Positions 55,451-64,000 of a stretch of 64,000 nt of DNA are shown here, in pieces. Below the pieces are notes generated by a model. The model saw nothing but the letters and a program-made list of their open reading frames with translations. It was not told the origin of the DNA and searched no databases. How positions within the stretch are numbered: the stretch's first letter is position 1; each line of letters opens with the position of its first letter. Location: assembly GCF_001194135.2 (NCBI RefSeq), contig NC_068989.1, positions 41,695,259 through 41,759,258 on the forward strand. The letters run 5' to 3'. Position numbers and translations under genes: made by a program. The DNA is from Octopus bimaculoides (lineage: Eukaryota).

Positions 55451-57142
55451 AAATACTGCAAAAAGCATTCTGTGAAATGCTTTATCATTTCTCCCAGAGT
55501 TTGCTATTTTGAAGGACATACATCTAAAATGCTGAGGTCAACACCCACATACACATTCTCTAGAAACATCTAGGTTTGTTTTATAATAATAATAATATGA
55601 GGAAACAAAAACAACACAAAGAATTTTGAAAATATGATTAAAAAAGGAAGAAAAAAAAGACACATGGGAAAAGACTCAAAACCAAAGAATGAAACAAAAT
55701 AGTTCTGGTAGTGAGTGAAATCTATAATGCCTGACAGAATTCCTCAAGTTCTAAAAACTTATACTCTCTAGACATGCTATGTTGGCAGACTTAACCATGG
55801 CATGCTCTATCTTCAGAATCCATCTCAGATTCCAAACAAATATGACACAATCTCTAACATTGCTCTTTAGTTGCTTTTTTTTTTTGTTTCTTTATTTTTG
55901 TTTGTTTCTTTTTCTGTCTAAAGTTATGCCACATGTAGACTAAGAAAAATAGGAAGAATTTTGGCTAGACATGAATAAAGGGGAGAGAGAGAAGGGGGGG
56001 GGAGAAACCACCTAGATCTTGGCTTGTGAAAGAAAACAGCTAATGTATTTCATATGAGGGTAACTTTGATGTATGTCTTGAGAAAGTGAAAAAGAGAGAA
56101 AGAAAGGACAGAGGAAGAGAGAAAGAGAAAAAAGAAAAGAACAAATTGAGAGAGAGAGTGTGAGAGTGCATGCATGTGTGAGTGTGAGTGTGCATTAACT
56201 CTTTATCACAAATAACAATAAAAAAACCCACAATTATAATAATTGTTTCTGATACAGGCACAAGACCAGCAATTATGAGAAAAAGAAAAGGGCGGGGGTA
56301 CTTTAAGTGGTACTTTATTTTATCAATCCCAAAATGACAGAACACTGGTAAGATTTGATCTTAGAGAATAAACAGCCAGAAAAAAAATACTGCAAGGCAT
56401 TTTGTTTGATGCTCTAACAATTCTGCCAATCCACCACTCCAATAAAAATCATCATCATCATCATCATCGTCATTTAACGTCCGCTTTCCATGCTAGCATG
56501 GGTTGGACAATTTGACTGAGGACTGGTGATCCAGATGGCTACACCAGGCTCCAATCTGATTTGGCAGAGTTTCTACAGCTGGATGCCCTTCCTAATGCCA
56601 ACCACTCCGAGAGTGTAGTGGGTGCTTTTACGTGCCACCAGCNNNNNNNNNNNNNNNNNNNNNNNNNNNNNNNNNNNNNNNNNNNNNNNNNNNNNNNNNN
56701 NNNNNNNNNNNNNNNNNNNNNNNNNNNNNNNNNNNNNNNNNNNNNNNNNNNNNNNNNNNNNNNNNNNNNNNNNNNNNNNNNNNNNNNNNNNNNNNNNNNN
56801 NNNNNNNNNNNNNNNNNNNNNNNNNNNNNNNNNNNNNNNNNNNNNNNNNNNNNNNNNNNNNNNNNNNNNNNNNNNNNNNNNNNNNNNNNNNNNNNNNNNN
56901 NNNNNNNNNNNNNNNNNNNNNNNNNNNNNNNNNNNNNNNNNNNNNNNNNNNNNNNNNNNNNNNNNNNNNNNNNNNNNNNNNNNNNNNNNNNNNNNNNNNN
57001 NNNNNNNNNNNNNNNNNNNNNNNNNNNNNNNNNNNNNNNNNNNNNNNNNNNNNNNNNNNNNNNNNNNNNNNNNNNNNNNNNNNNNNNNNNNNNNNNNNNN
57101 NNNNNNNNNNNNNNNNNNNNNNNNNNNNNNNNNNNNATAGAG

Positions 57143-57492
57143 GGGACAAACAAGGACAGACAAAGGGATTAAGTCGATTACATTGACCCCAGTGCGTAAC
57201 TGGTACTTAATTTATCGACCCCGAAAGGATGAAAGGCAAAGTTGACCTCGGCGGAATTTGAACTCAGAACGTTACGGCAGACGAAATACCGCTAAGTATT
57301 TCGTCCAGCATGCTAACGTTTCTGCCAGCTCGTTCGTCTTTACATTCTGAGTTCAACTTCTGCTGAAGTCGACTTTGCTTTGCATGCTTTCGGGGTCCAT
57401 AAAATAAGTACCAGTTGAGTACAGAGGTCAATGTAATTGACTTACCCCCCACTTCCAAAATTACTGGCCTTGCGCAAAATTGGAAACCATCA
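57143..57492. mobile_element. Inverted (head-to-head) pair of family A SINEs
   Basis: Minus-strand copy up to ~57331, directly followed by a 5'-truncated plus-strand copy. Confidence 0.9.
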
Positions 57493-57870
57493 TTATTATT
57501 ATTATTATTGATAATGAATAAAACACAGATAACAAGCAACAAATAAATAAATAAAATGAAAAGTAATCACTCACAAAGTCAAACTATAATTGTCACATTT
57601 GTGAGACATTAAAAAAAATATACATAGATTGCTATTCCATATTAGTATTGGAGAAATAACTGTTCACTCTCACTACCACCCAAATCCCTCCCTACCCCTT
57701 CCACCAGCAACTCTTGTGCTTCTGATAGTTTCCCTACCATTACTGTTAGCTTTTTAATGAAACTCAATTTAAAATAACATGATTTGTATATCAACATGGC
57801 TGACAGCATTATTATATTATAAAACAATAAGTTGATTATACGAACAAATTATTAAAACAAAAGGGTTTTC

Positions 57871-57972
<102 letters not shown>

Positions 57973-58474
57973 TCAGAAAGAGAGATTTTGTTTAAAGTTT
58001 CACATCCAACCATCGCTATATCATCAATGATCATTCAAATTTGCTATCTCAGACGTATGAATTTCATAACATTTTCAATGTTCTAAAATATGTGTAGATA
58101 TACACACATGCATGCACATACACACTTGTACGCATGTATTAGTTGTACTTTGGAAGAGTCATATTGCCAATTAAGATACATGCACTGATTGTATTTCACT
58201 TCAAGTCTATTAACTGGCAGCATGAACCTCTCAAACTACAACAATATTTGTTTCAAAACAGGATTTTAGGAAGTCAATCATTTGAAATAGATACAAAAGT
58301 TAAATACATGAATAAATTCTGTTCATGTGTGTGTGTGCATGTGTGCTTATGTGAAAGTGTATGCACAAACACACACACACACACATATAAAATAGATTCA
58401 TGTGAATACACACGTGTGTGTGTGTGTTTGTGTGTGCGCGAGCGTATATCAATTTAAATACACAACCAAAAGTC

Positions 58475-58554
58475 TCATGCTATTATGATACTTGAACAGG
58501 AATATTTATAAAATATTTTATAAATATGCCTGTTCAAGTATCATAATAGCATGA
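58475..58554. repeat. 80-bp near-perfect palindrome
   Basis: 40-bp arms symmetric about 58514/58515 with one mismatch (58501/58528). Confidence 0.95.
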
Positions 58555-58739
58555 AACTATCAGTAGCACTTTTGGGTATTGTATTTAAACTGATATTTCT
58601 CTCTCGCTTGATGGAGTACTTTTTTTTTGCTGATTCTACCTCTATTGGATCTTTAAACTTTGTGTGTGTGTGTGTGTGTGTTTTGGCCGAATGATGCTAA
58701 TAAACAGTTGTATGAACTGAACACACCTATGCTTTAAAG

Positions 58740-59387
58740 CAGTGTTTTACAACTATTTTTTGCCTATGGATCCCCTATGGTTCCTATTCTAACTCAGATG
58801 GACCCTGATAGCCATTTGATGATTGAAAAATCTTATCATATCTTTATTATTACATATTATATAAGTAATTCTGTGGAGGCACAATGGCCCAGTGGTTAGG
58901 GCAGCGGACTCGCAGTCATAGGATTGTGGTTTCGATTCCCAGACCGGGCGTTGTGAGTGTTTATTGAGCGAAAACACCTAAAAGGTCCACGTGGCTCCGG
59001 CAGGGGATGGTGAGAACCCTGCTGTACTCTCTCACCACAACTTTCTCTCACTCTTACTTCCTGTTTCTGTTGAAGCCTGTAATTCAAAGGGTCAGCCTTG
59101 TCACACTGTGTCACGCTGAATATCCCCGAGAACTACGTTAAAGGGCACACGTGTCTGTGAAGTGCTCAGCCACTTGCACGAGCAGGCTGTTCCATTGATC
59201 GGATCAACTGAAACCCTTGACGTCGTAAGCGACGGAGTGTCAACACACATAAGTAATTCTATAAAAAAATTGTTAAAAATATTTTGTGCATTGGAAAGAG
59301 TATAACCAGTTTATTGGACATAAATTTTAACAACAAAATTTTATGTGGACCACCAAAGGTAATATGAATTCCAGTTGAGAACCACTG
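58740..59387. mobile_element. hAT-type MITE hosting the family E SINE
   Basis: Termini CAGTGTTTTACAACT / AGTTGAGAACCACTG. TSD not convincingly preserved. Confidence 0.65.
58875..59248 (+). mobile_element. Young full-length tRNA-derived SINE (family E), nested in a hAT MITE
   Basis: Same family as 47938-48321, opposite orientation. TSD ataagtaattctgt/ataagtaattctat. Confidence 0.9.
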
Positions 59388-60042
59388 TTTAAGAGAAAAA
59401 CATCAGGTAAGTATAGAGCATAATATGAATTAATAATTAATGCAAGAACAGGAGTGATGTAATCACTTTCATTAGCTTACAGCTGTTTCTGCAACAAGAA
59501 CCACTGCACTCAGTTCTGAATGGTATACTACTTATGACAGAAACAGCAGTATGTTAATGAAAGTGTTTATGTAACTCCTGTCCTTTTGTCATTCAATTGA
59601 TATATGTAAACACACACATACACACAGGTATGAGTGCGTGGTTAAGAAGTTTCTTTCTCAACCACTTGGGTAAATAGCTCTAGGCTGACCAAAGCCTTAG
59701 AAAAGTATTTGGTAGAGAGAAAAAGAAATCTGCCATATTGCTATGCGCACGTGTGTGTGTGTGTGTGTGCACATGCATGCAGATGTGTGTCTCTGCATGT
59801 TTGTTTACAATTGCTGCTTGCTTATTCAAATGTCACGATGTTCATGTGATATTCTGTTGGTATTTTTTCCTTTCAATAAGTTGCTTGCTTGGTTCATGCT
59901 TTCAAACATGTGCAGAATAAGAGATGCCTTACTTCAAAAACCAGTAAGGGTTAGGGACAGGAAGGGCATCCAGCATTCAAAAACAGACAAAGAGAACAAG
60001 CAAAAATATATACATGCACACACATACATGTGTGTGTGCATG

Positions 60043-60096
<54 letters not shown>

Positions 60097-60128
60097 CATA
60101 TATTTACATGTACATACATATGTACATT

Positions 60129-60161
<33 letters not shown>

Positions 60162-61144
60162 GAAATACATATATATGTAAGATTTAATCATGTGTAGGCA
60201 TACATACATACACACATACATAAATTTATTCCTGCGTATTTATACACATACAGATACAGAACTGTGTCAACAGTCAGCAACACAATTCATAGCAGACATT
60301 GTTTTGAAACTCCTACTCATATGTACTTTAAGTTCTATGTACAACTGTGTGTGTGTGTGTTTGTGTGTGCGTGCGTGCGTGCGTGTGCACTTCATGTTTT
60401 ATCTTAACTTTTACTTGTTTCAGTCATTAGACTGCAGCCATGCTGGGGCACTGCTTTGAAAACATTTTAGTCAAATGATTCGACCCCAGTACTTACATGC
60501 TTTTGAGCTTGGTGCTTATTCTGTCACTCTCTTTTGCTGAACCGCTAAAGTTATGGGGACACAAACACAACAACAATGGTTATCAATCAATGGTAAGGGA
60601 CAAACACATATGGCTTCTTTCAGTTTCCATCTACCAAATCCACTCACATGACTTTGGTTGGTCTGAGGCTATAGTAGAAGACACCTGCCCAAGGTGCAGC
60701 ATGGTGGGACTGAACTTGGAACCATATAGTTGGGAAGCAAGCTTCTTACCACACAGCCATGCATGGACTATATGTATAATGTCCTTGCAAACTTTTCTTC
60801 TTATTTTTTGATAATGAGGGAAAGCAGTCCTCATAACTCTTACATAGGGCGGAGCATAGGCATTATTCTCAAACCAAAGTGGCAGGTGATGATATTAAAA
60901 TGATGAAAGATTAAGCCTATTATTCAATTAAGCCCTAGCAGGATTTGAACTTAGAACACAAAAAGTAGAAATAAATACTGTGAAACATCTGGCCGGACAT
61001 TCTTATGGTTCTGCCAATCCACTGTTCTGGATTAGCAATATCTTATTCACCCCAAAAAGCCAACAAAACCGTGAGATACACAGCTGATTCCAAGATAATG
61101 ACAAAGGAAAAGAAATATAATTTTTAAGATAAATGTTTACTTAC

Positions 61145-61364
61145 TGCTTAAGTGACTCCCTGGTAGACAAGGATGACTGCCTGAACTACAAGTGGGAGTG
61201 AGAGGGGTTCCGTCTCTGCCTTTCTGACGTGTCTCTTCAGACAGAGTCCGCTGTAACCTTCGATAGCCATAGTGTAGAGCCAACGGGAGATCTTCCCGTG
61301 ACTTCCTTTGAAGTGTCGATGGAGAGGGCAGTGGTGACTGTGAAGAGGGGGTACCATAATCTGA
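61145..61364 (-). CDS. MAST: MAST-family kinase, internal N-terminal exon (220 nt, phase 0 to 1): SDYGTPSSQSPLPSPSTLQRKSREDLPLALHYGYRRLQRTLSEETRQKGRDGTPLTPTCSSGSHPCLPGSHLS
   Basis: Acceptor tttattttccag and donor A|GTAAGT. Open frame inside ORF 61137..61490. Phase 1 joins the next exon. RRLQRTLSEE resembles the KLQRQLSQD segment of vertebrate MAST2 (recalled, not searched). Assignment rests mainly on the three downstream exons. Confidence 0.85.
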
Positions 61365-63643
61365 CTGGAAAATAAATAGATAAAGGAGATTAAAGAGGCT
61401 AATTCCAATAACATGGATTACTGGTTCAAAACACAACAGGGAAAGAAAAATTGTGAAATTAAAGTATATAACCACAAGTTTGATAAACAACTACAAATAT
61501 AATTATTAACTCTAGATATAATAAACAGATTCAATTATCTGCTCTTACATAATTACAGATATCTATCAATAGGTGAATACCCATATTGATTTTCATTTCT
61601 TTTCAATACATCAGGTATTTATTGCCAAAGTTAAGTAAATCAAGACAATGCACAATGTCTGTCTATCACAGCTAGCATTCCCATATCATTTGGTACCTTG
61701 ATTCCAAGCTAGCAGAACAGAGACAATAGAAAATAGGGTATTCAAACCAAAAACAATGAAACACCTGGAGCCAATTTGAACTCATGACCTATGGATTAGA
61801 GGTCATCTATGCAATAATTCAATAATTACAGGAATATAGTGACACCAACCAATTCAATAAAACACACTCTTTCTCTACGAGAAGTGGGAATGGTCTTAGA
61901 TGAAAGGCTCTTTAGATAACAAAGGGTAAATTTGAAATGTTACTGAAATCACAATGAAAGGCTAATTAAATGCTAATTAACAGATATTGATACAAACTGG
62001 TTAATGTGTAAAATCATTCACATGGTTCTTCCTTTCCATTGAAATTTGATTTCCATTTTGAAATCCTTAAATATTTATCAAATGGCTTTATATTCACACA
62101 CACACACACACAAATAGAGTTACCAAGGTACTTGCATGCACACACACCAAACCACCAGTGTACACACACACACACACAACTGACACTACAATCACAGGCA
62201 CATGCAATTCACTCACACACATGCACACAGAGCCACCAAGATACATACACACATCCTCTCTAACTCACACACCAACCCTCATAAACACACACAAGCGACA
62301 CATAAATTACCATCAACACACACACACACATACAGTAGACATAAGCCCAGACAGGTCCTCACCAGCACTACCAGCCCCCTCCAGCAAACTATTGTATTAC
62401 AATACAATCACACATTACAGTGACTTCTAGATCTGTGAACAACATTATATTGGACAACTTCTGAATTTACTAACAGCAACAACATCTAATTATTTAAAAT
62501 ATTGTTGTTGGTCTCTTTTTCTTTCCTTGTACTTTATATTTCAGTGGTGTTTAACAACACCAACAGAAATTGTTTTCTAATTTAGGCACAAGGACAGCAA
62601 TCCTGAGGAGGTGGAGGAGGCAACCAGATTACATTGAATCCAGTACTGGACTGGTACTTTATTATCTTAATCACTCCTCTGAAAGAATGAAAAGCAAATA
62701 GGCAAATTTGATCCCGATAATACCACAAGGCATTTTGCCATACAACGTTGTAACAAATCAGTTAGCTCACCATCAAATTGATAATATATATAATTGCTTC
62801 AAATTTTAGCACAAGGCTGGCAATTATTGAAGAGGAAGGGGGTTAGTTAATTACATCAACCCCAGTGCACAACTGGTACTTATTGTATCAAGCCCAAATA
62901 GATGAAAAGCAAAGCTGACTTTGGCAGGATTTAAACTCAGCATGTAAAGAGCTAGGATAAATGCCACTCAGCATTTCTTCATCTGATGTGCTAACGGTTC
63001 TGCCAGCTCACAGTCTTAACAATAATTCTTCTACTATAGGAAGAGAGCCTTAAATTTGGGAAGCAGAAGATTAATCGATTATATTGACCTCAAAAGGGTG
63101 AAAGGCAAAAATTGATCTTGGTGGAATTTGAACTCAGAATATAAAGCTGAAAGAAAGGTCATTAAACATTTTATCTGGTATGGTGCCACATAAAAGCACC
63201 AGCACTGGTGCATCTAACCCATGCCAACATGAAAAAAAGGGTGTTAAATGATGATGAAAATGATGATAAATAGATATTAATAATAAATAAAAGATGAGCC
63301 ACAAGATATGAAGGAATTGTTTCTTAGTTTATTTGTATACAAGTACAAAAGTCTCCAAAAAGAAAAAAATGAAATGAAACATTGCTCAACTTCTTGCATC
63401 TCTAGATATATACATAGATGTGAGGATGCAAAAAAGGTTAAGCATGATTTCATTTCATTTCCTTGGGGAAATTCAAAGACTTTTTAAAGCTGTATATAAA
63501 TAAACTAAGAAATAATACCATCACCAATTCTTTATTATTATTATTATTATTATTATTAACATACTATTCTGTATAGTACCAGAAATTTTATTCCTCCCAA
63601 GTGTGTGTGTTTACACATACCTGTGTATACACACACACACTCA

Positions 63644-63855
63644 CAAGGGAGTGCTGAAAAGTTCCTGGCTTTAAGGGTATCACGAAAGGCCTGGTAGGAG
63701 GTCCAGCTTTTCGGGTTCTTTTATAGGATTTAAAAAAACTGAAGGACTGCTGCATGAGTGTGTAAATGTAAAAGGGAAATATGTTGAAAAAAATCATAAT
63801 TAACTCCCCCTGCTTTTTCTTTTACTCAAAGCCAGGAACTTTTCAGCACCCCTTG
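63644..63855. mobile_element. Tc1/mariner-type MITE
   Basis: ~29-bp TIRs CAAGGGAGTGCTGAAAAGTTCCTGGCTTT / AAAGCCAGGAACTTTTCAGCACCCCTTG. Confidence 0.8.
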
Positions 63856-64000
63856 CATATAATATGGATGTTAAATGATATTGATGATGATAATATCTAT
63901 CTATCTATCTACCTAGTCTAAAAATCCATAAGCCAGAAAAAAAATGCGTTTACATATTTGTCAATAGACTGGGTATATTACTCAAAGATATTGAAAATCC

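Noticed and set aside
58875-58945. tRNA-like sequences at SINE heads
   Set aside because: They are SINE promoters that continue into repeat bodies, not tRNA genes.

Overview
Eukaryotic, AT-rich, microsatellite- and SINE-dense draft scaffold with many N gaps. The repeat families look cephalopod, probably Octopus (inference). Almost all ORFs in the supplied track are microsatellite, gap or decayed-transposon artefacts. The real host gene is on the minus strand and mostly missed by the ORF track: four small, phase-compatible exons (61364-61145, 49509-49421, 48396-48368, 47354-47272) splice into the N-terminal region of a MAST-family Ser/Thr kinase (MAST1-4 / Drosophila dop). The next conserved MAST exons are not visible, so the remaining ~47 kb is probably one large phase-1 intron, unless exons are hidden in N gaps. 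That intron holds CpG-retaining promoter-like islands and several ATG-initiated segments ending at phase-1 donors, suggesting an array of alternative first exons. Other content: LINE remnants (R4/Dong, L1/Tx1, RTE), hAT/mariner/piggyBac-like MITEs, several SINE families including inverted pairs able to form dsRNA, an 80-bp palindrome and Penelope-type hammerhead-like motifs. I found no evidence of a wholly new biological system. The best leads are the alternative-first-exon array and the repeat-derived RNA structures.
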